A stretch of 64,000 nt of DNA from Amoebidium appalachense (GCA_963693365.1 CAVNZM010000003.1:11257651-11321650); one strand, 5' to 3'. Shown: positions 19,877 to 33,196, numbered from the stretch's first letter. Made by a program: numbers and translations. The notes: a model not told the origin generated them from the letters alone.

Positions 19877-22016
19877 TATGTAGTTGAGCCATTCAGAGTA
19901 GGGAGAAAGATGAAGTGCATACAGAGGCAAGGAACGGCAGGAACATGGGGTAATAGAAACGCAATAGCACCACCGTTTAGGCCTGAAACTCAATAGTGCC
20001 TAGGCTACAGAAGGGCATCATTAGCCTTCTTGGAAAGTGCCGCTGTTTCGGAGGAAGACAGAAACTTGGACGAAAAAGAAAAGTGCCTAAGAGAAGAGTA
20101 GACAGTTACGCCTTGCCCCCACGCGGTCCAACTACGCTCGACGCTTTGAGTAAACTTGATGTCGGGGGGGGAAAAAAAGACAGAGCCTTTCTACTGCCAT
20201 GATTACGCTGAACGAATCTTCGCGGTAAAACCTGGTTTAGGGAGGGGCGGTGTCACTAAACCAAGAAAGCATGAAACTTGCCACATACTGGTTTTTTGAC
20301 TATTACAGTCGAAAAACGGGACGTAAAGCCTGTACATGCACAAAGAGTCGCTTCAGTCTTCCCAAAAAACTTACTTGTCTATATAGTAACGAGAAAAGTT
20401 GTTTTTTCCGCCTTTTTGCCTGCCGTGCAAACCCACGCCTGTGTGACTCTCAAGTTGGTCGCCGGCACCGTTTTGTGTGGGCGTGCCGACTCGGCCAGAA
20501 ACGCGTTGGCGCCAACATGGCGGAGGAGGGTAAAACAATACTAGATTGAGGCTTTCTCGCAAGCTCTAAACAAGAAAAGACAAGTAAAAAACAAAATAAT
20601 AGACAATTAATAAGTTTGCTCTTATTGCTTTATAACAAAAACATGTTCTATTATTATGTGTTTAGCTCGTACTTTTACCCACGTACGGACCCGAAGTTCC
20701 CAGAGACTCAAATAACAGCCAATAGGTGTTCTTAGGGGCTCTTTGATAAATTAATGTGATTGGCCGGAGCACTTTACGCACGTTCCTATTGGTCGGAGAA
20801 AAAGACCTGCGGCGGCTGCCAGACGAATCAGCAGGCAGCTGTGCGCAGCAAGGCCTCAGAAATAGCACACCTTGGCGCGCAGTTCAGTTACAGTTCAGTC
20901 AGGGAAGAAAAAGCCGTGTTTTGTAAACAGAAACTTCTTGCAGTATTTCTCGGCGATACATAGTCTGTAAATAAACAACGCTATGTGCACGTCTTGAATC
21001 CATAAAGGCCTTCTAAACATATGAGCTCTCACCATAAATCTCTGGCTGGCATCTCTTGCTATAATTCAGCTGCTAAAGTGAGTCTTTCTCAGTTGCTCAC
21101 ACCCCCCTACGTATGGTTTATAACAGAGGTGGATTTTGGATGTTATTGAAATGATGCGTGCTGGGGCGGCGGACTTGTGGAGAAAGGCTGGAGAGATATT
21201 AAGACAACTACAGAAGTAGGGAGGCTGGTTGTTTGGTTGGTTGGTTGGTTGGTTGGGTGGGTGGCCCTTTTGGAGGAGATGGCGAGAGGAAAGTGAGGGA
21301 GGAGGGGGAGAGGGAGAGGGAGAGGAGCACGTGCGAGTTAGAGTGGGAGAGAGGGTTGGGGAATGCGGGAGAGGAAGAGAGAGAATGTGTGTGTGAGTGA
21401 GAGGGAGACAGAAAGAGAGTGGGGGGGGGGCACGAGAAGGAGAGACCGAAGGAAAGAGGCAGAGGGACAGAGGGAAAGTGAGAACGGGGCGGGGGGAAGG
21501 AAGGGGGGGTGTGTGAGAGAGACTCGGAGAGGAGGGGAAGGGAGGGAGGGAGAGAGAGAGAGAGATAGAGAGAGAGAAAGAGAGAACGAGAGTTTGTTGA
21601 AGCTGGTAGCCGTGAATCGATTGTCAAAAACAGCACAGCGATGAATGTATTTCGACGGGACCCATATTTATTGTTTAAAACCATTGCCAGAGGTACCCTT
21701 TTATAAACGTCAGGTTAGATAGTAAACTAAGCAATAAGTTGGTTTTCACATGTGTGTCTGCCTAGCTTTCTACTTTGTGAAACTATGAACCGTGTGCACC
21801 TCTTCAAATCGCGTTTGCATGAAGAAAATGGTGTCTCCCTAACCAATCACACATACAAGCATACCACATCCTCTCCCAAAAACCGCATTCTGCTCGTCAT
21901 TGTACTTTCGCTACCTCACTCAAACACCAGCATTACCAAAACACTAACTCACACCCTAACGCCTAAGATTTGTACTTTAAATTTTCAAAAAGCGGTTCAA
22001 ATCTAAGAATTGTACT

Positions 22017-23893
22017 TTAAATTTCTAAAAAGCGATTCAAATCAACTTCGGTCACTGCCTCGTTTGAAGATGGTGCCGCTGCGCCCATGGTGTTTGCTTG
22101 CAAAGAATTGGGTGAAAACGTAGGACCCGGTAATGTCATGTTAAAAAATAGCACGGTGAAGCTATGAACAGCATGCGCGAGGTTCAAAGCCTCCGGACTC
22201 GCTGCCATTTCCGGATGGTTTCGACTGAAATCGGTAAAGACCGAGATGAAATCGCTAGAGAGGGTAAGCATGTCGATGTGTTGCCTGCCGTGGACGCTGC
22301 TAATAACATGGGCCAAATGGATCATCAAATCGGTTGAGGTAGTACTGCCAAAAGGCTGCCGAGGGGCTGGGTAAACCGTTTTCAATGTTGAAATGTTTTG
22401 AGAAGTTTCTCTGATAGGCGCTGTGTATTGGCAACCATTGTGACGTGGTAGGAGAAAGGAGCAGCGTGCGGAACTCGTCGCGGTAAGTTTCCGCCAGAAA
22501 AAGAACGAAGTTATGTTGCTGGTGGATCATTGCGTAGTGAAGAATCGTCGAGTGGTTCTTTCCCTCCTTGTTCTCCTTGGTTATGGTGACCGGTATGTTC
22601 ACCTCGCTAATTAGAAAACGGGCTGCGTCAATGCAACCATGTTCGGCCGCAAGATGAAGCAGTGAGTCCCCCGTAGTCGTTTTGTTGTCGAGTCCCTCCT
22701 CAACGCCCCTTCTCCAATCAGCGATACTCCTCTTAACCCTCCCTTCGTCTGCATACTTAGTGCCCTCGGCGATTTGTGCTTTCAACCCAGGCACGTCGTT
22801 TCTTTGAACGAGGCTCGGAAGCTCCTGCTTCAACATTAGCCAGAAAAGTTTCTCCTCAAGTTGGCGAACATGTGTGGTTTGTAGTGATGTGTTTGAACCT
22901 CGCCGTGGGTTTTTGCGTGATTGCTGGACAAAGGGGCCTAATTCCAACTCCCCGGCCTGAACATTGGTGCTACACGGCGTGCTGCTCGCTGTTCTCTGCC
23001 GGGTACCTAATCTCTGGTCAACTTGAAACCGCCCCCGATAGAAATCCTGTGGCATAATCACCCACATAAGGCCCCGTTTATCACCTACCCGTTTACGTTT
23101 TTTCCCTTCCATCTCTCTTTTCCGCACGTCATACTCCGCCATCCAAACGTTTGGTGCATTTTTCGCTTTTCGCGCTGGTCGAGCCGTCTGATTCGGTTGA
23201 TTCTTTCAACCCCACGTAAAGGGAACCGATCTCATCTTCGATAACATCGACCCATTGTGGCCGCTTTGCGTTTTTCGCTTTGTTCTCGTACTGATTCCCA
23301 CTCACGTGATAGTTTTCCCTGTGTGAAAGATCGATGTTTCTCTCGGTTTTGTACTCGTCAAGTCTTCGCACAGCTTCCATCGGTATCTTTCTGCTTGTTA
23401 GCCCCCCCTCATCCAAAAATAGGGTTACCCGTGCCGGCTCAGAATCGACTACTGGGCTATGGTGTCTTGCTATTTTACTCCTTTGCGCCTCCTCCTTTGA
23501 CACCAGCACAATGTCTAACCACTGTTGATGTTGCTCGGGATCCCCCAGTTGTTCGAAACTGCATGTAAACAGAACGAGGGAAACACACGTGCGCCAAAGA
23601 CCGTGCGGATCTGACACCCTGTATGTCTCTTCTTGCTGAAGAAAGTCAATCTCTCTCTGGAACATGGCTTTTACCTTTCCAGATTCTTGGGCTTGCAGCC
23701 AGCTTATGGCCTGCTCGTCCAGAATGCGTTCATTTGTGGGTTTCTCGGCTAGCGAGACTAGCTGTTCTACTATACGTGCAAGTGTTTCTGGTATGTTTTC
23801 ATTCGTGAAATGTTGGACCTGTGAGGATGGAATGATGAGATCTGGAAGTGGGCTTAGGAACCCAAAATCAGCGGAAAGCTGGTCTACAGACAT
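22017..23893 (-). pseudogene. Ankyrin-repeat protein gene split into three overlapping ORFs by two +1 frame changes (pseudogene, assembly error or recoding)
   Basis: ORFs 23893-23129, 23142-22300 and 22385-22017 overlap, each in the +1 frame of the previous one. The middle ORF has ankyrin motifs GDSLLHLAAEHG, STILHYAM and WLPIHSAY, matching the 28141-29817 protein. A possible 5'UTR intron lies at ~23982-23919 (GTAAG...TTCTAG). Confidence 0.65.
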
Positions 23894-25129
23894 AGTGGGA
23901 AAAGTCAAGGCGTACTATCTAGAATTCGTGAGATGCAAAAAAAAAAAAAATGTGTTATTTCTTGACGTTTATAGTTTCTTACTTGCTTCTGATATGACCA
24001 CAGAAAACGAAGCCCTCACGTTGAAGTTACTTGTCAGGGGCAGCTCTCAAGAAAAATTCGTGTTGGTGCGGAACACGAACATCATGGTGACGTCACAAAA
24101 CAGCAACGTCATTTTAGTCATATATGGTATCTTTGTAACGTATCTAATTGGTTACATAGGCGAACAAGACTTCAGTGAGTCCGAGGCGCCGGCTCGCGAG
24201 GCGAACACACGACACGGTGCGCGCGCCCGATCGTGCGCGCATGGCATCTAGATCTGTAAAGTGGGCGACTATACCGTACCCACCCGACACGTACTGACGT
24301 GTTGCCGCACTGTTGTATAAAATGATCGTGTGTCCGTGACAAAACAATATATTTGTGAATGAACGGGGTTGACTAGACCACGCTTTGCTAAGTGACGTGC
24401 TAGTCCTACTTACACCTAGTAAGACGAGCACACTGAGTGAGCTCTGAAGGCCCCGACGTGCCCTTATATCGGAGCTCGCACAGCGTCTCAGACATGTGCA
24501 TCGGTATGTCCTTTTGGCTACAAGAGCCAATCACATACGGTTCACGGTTCTGTTGTATGAACGTGCTACTAGACACGCATGCAAGTGGGCAAGACAGACA
24601 AAGAGGGACACGGACCTGTGGGCAGGAAGCAGTCGTCTGTATTGCACACTTGGTAGCGCGAAGTAGACGTGAGACAAGACAGGGAGAGAAGGCCTAGGTG
24701 GGGGGGTCTATCAGGATGAGGGGGGCTCTAGTGTGCGGGGTATCTCCCGTATATCTCACTCATACATCTTCTGGGCGTAGGTGAGCGCGTCCCGAGCTCA
24801 TGCACTAAAGGCAAAGCATGCATGTGGAAAGCAAGCAAGGGGAGTGTGCAGGGGGAGAGTGTGCAAGAGAGAAAAACAAAAAGAAATCCTGGCCAGCAGG
24901 AGGAGAGACACCGTTGGGGGGTGTCGCGCATTGGTTGTGGCAAAGTCCCCAAATCCAACAACCTTTTTTCCGTCATGGGGCACTGCCACAGGCAGGGGAC
25001 ACCCCATGAGGCCCATCATATAACTTACATGATCTCTAAATACAGATTTAAATAATAGGCCTATAGGTATATACATATATGTAAGGGCAACGGCTAGGAT
25101 CACTATTTGCGGCGCGGCGCTCGATACTG

Positions 25130-25210
25130 AAAATCAATCCATTGATTTTTCAAAATCAATCCCTTGATAATTCTTGTTTCTCCGGCAATGAATATCAATC
25201 CATTGATTTT
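25130..25210. promoter_or_regulatory. Three copies of the palindrome AAAATCAATCCATTGATTTT between the divergent ankyrin genes
   Basis: Perfect 9-2-9 inverted repeat at 25130-25149, with degenerate copies at ~25152-25169 and ~25192-25210. A regulatory role is inference only. Confidence 0.45.
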
Positions 25211-25901
25211 CTATTTGTGATTTTTTCGGCAAGTGGGGGGTAAAGACGAAACTGTAAGTGAATTATACAAGTCATATCTATGTACATATGCGGCAAAAAA
25301 TGACAATAAAAGTAGCGTGTGCGTAGTGATAGACCTACAGGCGCCCATACACATGTAAGTCGTTTCACTAATAGGTAGTGAGTGGTAAAAGGGCGGGTGG
25401 GAAGAAGATATACATGTGCCCATATACACATGTACGTCATCCCCTGGGCGTTGTTTATCGCGGGGCATAAAACGTCCAGTAATATCTCCCATCTATTCGA
25501 TTCTGGTTCAACGTGTAATGATCTCCATTAGGGGCGAGTGCACGGCCCGGGGCCAGCCAAGTGAAATTCTCGGGGGCATTTACGTGGCCATCATCAGCTT
25601 CATGTGGGGGGCGGGGAGAGCGAATGGGTGAAGGAGATCTGGGTGGCGGTGACGGGGAGCGAATAACTTCTCGGCGTGCACGTTTATTATGCCTAGGGGG
25701 TGTGGGCGATCGGGGTGCAGGATCGGGGTGCAGCGGGTGGTGGCGGGGAAGGTGCAGGATGCGGGGTAGGTGGCCGAAACACACACACACAGCACACACA
25801 CACACACACACACACGCAAACACACACACAGGCACACACACACATACTTGTACACACACACACACCCGGCCGTGCACACACATACACACACATATACACA
25901 C

Positions 25902-25951
<50 letters not shown>

Positions 25952-26010
25952 CACACACACCGTTGCACACGCACACACACACACATGTACATACACACAC
26001 ACACACACAT

Positions 26011-26071
<61 letters not shown>

Positions 26072-26202
26072 GGTGCACACACATGCACACATGTACACAC
26101 ACACACACACACAGTGCCACACACAATGTTCACCATAATGACACACACATCATAGTCGACGTCGCACACACACACACACTAACACACACGTTCTACATCC
26201 GG

Positions 26203-26268
<66 letters not shown>

Positions 26269-26325
26269 CGTGACACACACACACGCGCGCGCGCGCGCGC
26301 ACACCGTACACACATGTGCACACCG

Positions 26326-26365
<40 letters not shown>

Positions 26366-27065
26366 CCACCCACCCGGCACCCACCCACCCACCCACTCAC
26401 ACACATGCGCGCACACACACACCTACAGACACACGCTATTCATTTGGCAGGCACTATGACATGGCGGCATTAAAAGCCCTTGCACGCTGCACGTGTCACT
26501 TAGTCACTAATTAGTATGATATGTCGGATCACGTGGCCCCCCCCGGCTGGCGCGGCCGCGATCATGTGAGTCGCAACTCGAAGTCGCGAATTGATTCCCA
26601 TTGTTTTCAGATTGATTCACATTGTTTGGAGCTCGCACCACCTCTCGAACGTCTCTAAGTAACATGAAAAATATAGACATAAACACCCAAAAAAAAAAAA
26701 TAATGGGCGTTTTTTTGACTACCAAAACTAAGTTTTTGCTTAAGTAACTTGTATTTTTTGACCACAGGGTAAAAATTGAGAAGCGCCACAAAATTGATTC
26801 ACATTGAATGTGAATCATCCGGACTACATACAGCTCTGTACATATGTCACTGGCTGCATTTGATTGGCTGCGCTGGAAAACGCAGTAGGCCGTCGAATGT
26901 GGCTGGGCCTCCGCCGGCAGTGTCCACGCCCCCACATTGCATCCGTATCAAAAAAAAAACAATGGATTATGATCACCAGAAATCTCAACGTAGCAGATGG
27001 CATAGTAAATGGAATTTACTTCGTACTCGGCGTCGGCGCGCACTCCGTACAAGCTAGTATATATA

Positions 27066-27870
27066 GCAGTACAGGACACATATGGCACCCGCAAGGGAGC
27101 AAGGGAGGGGGGCGGGCGGTATCTGATTGGGTAAAAGGGGGGTCAGCGCGTGTTTACGATTGGGAGGGAGCGCACTGGTGCGTTTTAAGGATAGACCATT
27201 CGCCTAATATCATGCTTTTTTATTGCCGTGGGCGAAAAAAAAAACAGCAGTACAGGACACATATCGCACATCCTGAAGTTCCCTGTCGGTCTAACCCTGG
27301 ATCTAAAAATAAACGTCATGATTTTAATGACGTGTTTGCGCAAACCAGTTACGCCAAAAAAATTACCAGCCAGTCCGGTAGTTGAACAGTTTTCAAAAAC
27401 CGAAAACTGGTCCCCCGTTTCAATCTTGCCGCTCACACACGCGGACTGACTGAAAAAGGCATGTGCCCAAAGATTTTATAAGTTGTGTGGAGAATGCTGA
27501 TTGGATGATCTAAAACGCCCATATGGGGTGCTGATACTCAGGCAATGGACAATTTAAAAAAACCAGACGCCGAGTCCGGATGCAAATGCCATGCCACGTC
27601 ACGGTTTGAAGAACAAAAGTCATGGTGGCAAAGCAAAATAGCTAGCCATATACATGTTTTTACGTAATCTATTTCATGGAGCTTCTATTCACTATGATAG
27701 ATCAAAATGGACATGTATCTGCTGGTAATGCCATCAACGTTACAAAACATTAGCGAATACGAAGACAGAGATTTATCGGCGATTCGAGCACGAATAGAAG
27801 CACCAATCCAAAACTCGCTTTCTTAGACTTTTTCAGTGGTGTTTTCGGTTTTGCAGTACAGGACACATAT
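27066..27870 (+). repeat. Three dispersed 18-bp direct repeats GCAGTACAGGACACATAT upstream of the 558-aa ankyrin gene
   Basis: Copies at ~27066, ~27247 and ~27853. Confidence 0.8.
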
Positions 27871-28140
27871 GCACACTGTCAGCTAGCCCCTGGGATGCTG
27901 TCAATCACAATATGTAGTGCTAGGTTGGCAGCTTTCATGTCAGTAGGGTCCTCTTGACTCGGACGAGTTTTTTGGCCATTCACTCACTTTATCGTGTCAT
28001 CACGTGTGTGTTGTGTTTGTTAGCTTGCAAGTGTGTTGTTCCCTTCAACTTACACCCACTTTTATAATTAGTCTTTGCATCTCTCTACCTACTTCCACCA
28101 CAACGTTTACCCCGTTAACAAATGGCATCGGCTAGCAAGC

Positions 28141-29817
28141 ATGTCTGACAACATGAACTCTACACAACAAACACCCTTCGAACTGACGGGCCACGAGCGC
28201 CTTGCCTGGCGCGTCAAGAACTGCCGGTGCCCGAGTGAGTTGTATGACGAGGGAGTGAGACAAATTGTCGTTTTACCAGACAGCGAAGATGCTATACGGG
28301 TCATCTTCGAGTCTTATCCTTTAGTACAACAACAAGAAGGACACACCAAGGTTATAAAACTCAAGAAGTTTGGCACACCTCAGTTTCTGGCTCAACATGC
28401 GTTTTTTCGGAAACATGGAAACATGGAGCCGGACGCCGATGCGCCCCTCCTTTTTATGCGCGAGTCCGTTTTTCGTTCACGGGGTTGGAATGTCTACATG
28501 AACCAACAAGAAAGAGGAACATCAGGGAGCGAAGAAACTGGGAGGATGCCGAAGTTTGTTCGCTACGATGTGGATTTTTTCAGGAGAGGTTATCATGCAC
28601 AGAGGTTCAGTGCGTGTAAACTGAGCGGAAAGCAAAAAAAAGGGAGCGAACAACATGGGTTTTTCCGGGTGCATCTATCGGCATACAGGGATGATAATGG
28701 AGGTGGACCTCCGGGGATCACGGCATATGTCATCACAGAGTGGGGCGACAAGAAAGACGTTCTTGTAGTATGTTCCGGTGGCGGGGGAAGGGCTAAAAGC
28801 ACGAGCGAAAAGAGCAAAGACGGGGAAAGGAAGGGGAATAAACGCGCACGTAGGGAAACGGAGGACACCAGGGATGCATGCGAAGAGAGCGATGATGATG
28901 TGCCTATCCTTCCACCTCTAGGCTCGCCTCGTGTTCTTCCCCCTTTAGTGGGGAGCGCGCCATCAACGGCAGATTTCCGTACACCTGATTCTGGACAAGG
29001 ATACTCACCCGTTGCGGCTGATAACATGGCCGTTAGCAATGCGCTGGGCATGGATTACAACGAGCTTGAACAAACGATGCGGCAGTTGTCAATTAAAGAG
29101 AGGGAGCTACGGACACGAGAGGAGGCTGTTGCAAAGCGCGAGATGCAGCTGCTGCTCACAACAAGGAATCTAACCGATGTTTTGGTGGGACTTGTGCGGG
29201 AAGGTAATGTTGGAGAGTTGAGACGGATGTTTGAGCAAAATGAGCAGATCGGAGTCATGGAATGTTTGAAAAATATCAACTCCGAGAGGAAGGGAACATT
29301 GCTGCATCTTGCGGCGGAACATGACAAGGTTGAAGTCGGTCAATTCCTCGTTAATGAGTGCAAGATGGACAGAGTGGTTAAGAAACGAGACAACGCCTCC
29401 ACGCCTTGCCATGTTGCATTTCAGTTCCACAGCGCATCGTTCGTTCACAATGTTTTGAACGCGCGGAAAAACCCAATGATTTTATGGGAGAGAACGCTGA
29501 AAGGCTGGACCCCGCTTCACAGCGCCTACAACAAAACCCTCCCTTTCGAGGATGATGCGGAATTTGCAAAACACAGACGAACCCGTGATTACTTAATTGC
29601 GCTCATGTTTGAATCGCAAGGGAATTGGGACACTGATAAGTTGGTGGAAAAACTGAGGGAGGGGTTCGGAAGAGGAAGGCATTTTCTGAGGGAAAAAGAG
29701 ATGGAGTCGGAAATTAGGTGGGTGGCGGATATGCGCAGCGGTTTTCGCAACCATTTCCCCACAGTTGATGGATGGGGAAGCGAAGACTTATTTTCCAGCT
29801 TGATGAGTGTGCAATAA
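28141..29817 (+). CDS. Intronless ~558-aa protein: unknown N-terminal globular domain, basic NLS-like patch, coiled coil and ~3 ankyrin repeats
   Basis: Long, high-complexity ORF (first ATG 28141) free of microsatellites. Segments: GNKRARRE, ELEQTMRQLSIKERELRTREEAVAKRE (heptad-like), KGTLLHLAAEHDKVEVGQFLV, STPCHVAF, KGWTPLHSAY. Confidence 0.85.
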   Translation: MSDNMNSTQQTPFELTGHERLAWRVKNCRCPSELYDEGVRQIVVLPDSEDAIRVIFESYPLVQQQEGHTKVIKLKKFGTPQFLAQHAFFRKHGNMEPDADAPLLFMRESVFRSRGWNVYMNQQERGTSGSEETGRMPKFVRYDVDFFRRGYHAQRFSACKLSGKQKKGSEQHGFFRVHLSAYRDDNGGGPPGITAYVITEWGDKKDVLVVCSGGGGRAKSTSEKSKDGERKGNKRARRETEDTRDACEESDDDVPILPPLGSPRVLPPLVGSAPSTADFRTPDSGQGYSPVAADNMAVSNALGMDYNELEQTMRQLSIKERELRTREEAVAKREMQLLLTTRNLTDVLVGLVREGNVGELRRMFEQNEQIGVMECLKNINSERKGTLLHLAAEHDKVEVGQFLVNECKMDRVVKKRDNASTPCHVAFQFHSASFVHNVLNARKNPMILWERTLKGWTPLHSAYNKTLPFEDDAEFAKHRRTRDYLIALMFESQGNWDTDKLVEKLREGFGRGRHFLREKEMESEIRWVADMRSGFRNHFPTVDGWGSEDLFSSLMSVQ

Positions 29818-30146
29818 TATCTAAGGCTGCCTATGAGGGAGTGGTGGGTGGTGGGTGGTGGGTGGTGGGGGTGGGTGTCACGGTGGTGCGTGTGTGTATG
29901 GGGGGGGGGGGGGGGGGGGGGGGGGGGGAGGGAGGAGACGTAAGGAAGAAGGATGGCCCTGGGAAAGTACGAGTGTCCGGGAACTGATTTCGGGATTTTT
30001 ATTTGTGGTTACGGGTGGATTGGATTGCTGTTGTTAGTAGGGTGATTACTACAACTGCTGTTATTAAGATTTTGTGTCTGTCTGTGTTGGTGTGGGTGGG
30101 TGCACGTGTGCATATGTGTTTGGGCACCGGGGGAAGGGGGGAAGGA

Positions 30147-30184
<38 letters not shown>

Positions 30185-31026
30185 CTCCCAACACACACAC
30201 AGACACACTCACTCACTCACTCACTCACTCACTCACTCACTCACTCACTCACTCACTAACTCACTTACACTCACACACAGACTGACACACAAACACACAA
30301 CTTTATTTAAGTCGTTTTCAATAAATGTTAGTACACCTTGCTGCCACTCAGACCACTTACATTGCCACGATGTCAATGTGAATAGTATTTTATGTGGATG
30401 TTGCGAATTTACGTTACGAGTTTGTGGACTCCAAGACTCTGCCATATATGGGGGATAACTATAAACGAATGTTGTAGGGGCGAATATATTTTGGTTTCGA
30501 CGTTGTAATTGTGTCGTATGTAAGGCTGCACGGGTCGGACACTGTACATTATTATTTACTGTTTTTTTTTTTTTTTTTTTTAATTATTCTATTCTATTCG
30601 ATTTTTTATTTGTGTAGTTTTGTGCGAGTTCTGGCTAGTGTTTGCATATATACGGATGATGAAGCCGAGAGAGAGTTCATGGAAGACTGAAATCAACCAA
30701 AGGCATATTCCCGAGCAGCTGTACGGTGTACATAAATACTGTGTACTACGTAGATGAACATATACATTTTTGCGGTACATGTGTATGTGTGTACAATTGC
30801 ATGCGCAAGTCGAGATTCTTGAAGTCCGGATTCACGTACGCGTGCACCCCCAGGACCTCTCTGATCCACGTGCCACGTGCACCCCCCCCCCCCCCCCCCC
30901 CCCCCCCATCCAAACCACCACCACATCGATCACCACCAACCTCCGGCCCCTCGAGGCCTTTCCGAAATCCCAGCTCCCCCCTCTCCCTCCCCCCTCCCCC
31001 CCCCCCCCCCTGACCGAGCACGTGCA

Positions 31027-31570
<544 letters not shown>

Positions 31571-31848
31571 AACCGACACACACGACGACACAAGCACACA
31601 TGTTTGTACGAACACACGGCACACTGTGACAGACCTGTCAGGCAAGGAAAACATGCACGTGCACACACACCCTTCCCTTCGTCCTTCCCTCTAAGCAACC
31701 GACACTGGCATACACGTCACTGATTCGATTTTGGAGGGCCGGGTGGAAGAGGAGGGGTGTGGGGGTAGGGGGGGGGCGGGATGCATGCCAACGGGGGGAG
31801 GGAGGGGGGCCGGGGGGGGGGGGGGAGAGAGAGAGAGAGAGAGAGACT

Positions 31849-31905
<57 letters not shown>

Positions 31906-32823
31906 CCTGTACTACCAGAACTCTTTTAATCAACTTGGAATGGATGTGTATGAATTCCTGATTATTATATCGCAGGCTAACTTTGTATTTGCGGTCTTTG
32001 TATGTAATATGTTGCACCTAAGCTTACACTGAACGTGTTCAACAATAAAGATGAAGTAATTTACGTAGTAATATACGTGTGTACACTCGATGATTTTAAT
32101 CGGACCCGACATGTTCGGAAACAGGGTTTCATGCATCCGCGGCCCTACGTACACATGGGCAATGCATTCACATCGAATACACAGTCCATAGAATTTGCCT
32201 CCTATAAAAACCCTTGCTATGCATACGTACACCGGAACGGTTTTTCATATCAGATCATGAAAGAGCTTTACTGAAATATTCAAAAGAACGGAATAAGCAA
32301 GATATCACATATCTCTCGAGTGAGGAACAAAAACCATGTAGAGCTATAAGTAACTGTGTTAAATCACCCAAAAGGTATGGGGACAGTTATCTGATTTCAC
32401 ATACAAGCATTTTTCTCTCAATCCACGCCCCATTCATTGATTCAGCCCAACACACCCTACGGTATCATTCGTCTCAACTATCCCCCCCCCCCCCCCCACC
32501 CACCCACCCCCTCCCCTCCCCCCCGCCCCCCGGGCTGCGGCCCCCGCACCCACCCAAAGGTGCGCACACCGTGACGCACACACACACACATCCACAGGTG
32601 TGCGCCTATGGTCTCTGTGTGTGTGTGCGCAGGCACGTGTGTGCCTGTGTGCCTGTGTGTGCGCGTGTATTCGGATGTATGTGTCTGTGCGCGTGTGTAT
32701 GCACATGGACGTATGTGCGCACATGTGTGTGTGTATGTGTGTTTAACCAACGAGAAATACCACCATCACACTTCTAATGCAACATCCCCGACTGTCCCTC
32801 TCCCAGCCCCAACCCACCCATCC

Positions 32824-33196
32824 CTACCCCCCCCCCACCCCCTCTACCCCTACCTCCAACCCCTCCACCCCTTCCCCGTCATCCTCTCCCCCCAACCCTC
32901 CTTCCACCCCATTCTGTTGTTCCGACATTCTTTGTTGTCTTTCGAGCGATAGAAGTCGTTTTTTCTCTTCCAAAAGTAGCGCCGCTTCGCCAACAGAGAG
33001 AGTCATTTGTTGGAGGAGCTCTAGGGAGATTAGACGCATGACGGTTGGGGTGCGCAGCCGGGCGCCGTCCAGTTTGGTCCTGTGTGTGTGTCGGTGGGGA
33101 GAGGGGGGATGGGAGGGGGGAGTTTGCGTGTTGCGTGTGTGTGTGTGTGGGGGGGGGGGGAGGTGGGTGGGGAGTGTGTGTGTGTGTGGGGGGGAA

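Noticed and set aside
23664-24251. 195-aa plus-strand ORF
   Set aside because: Antisense shadow of the ankyrin gene's first ORF and promoter; no recognisable protein features.
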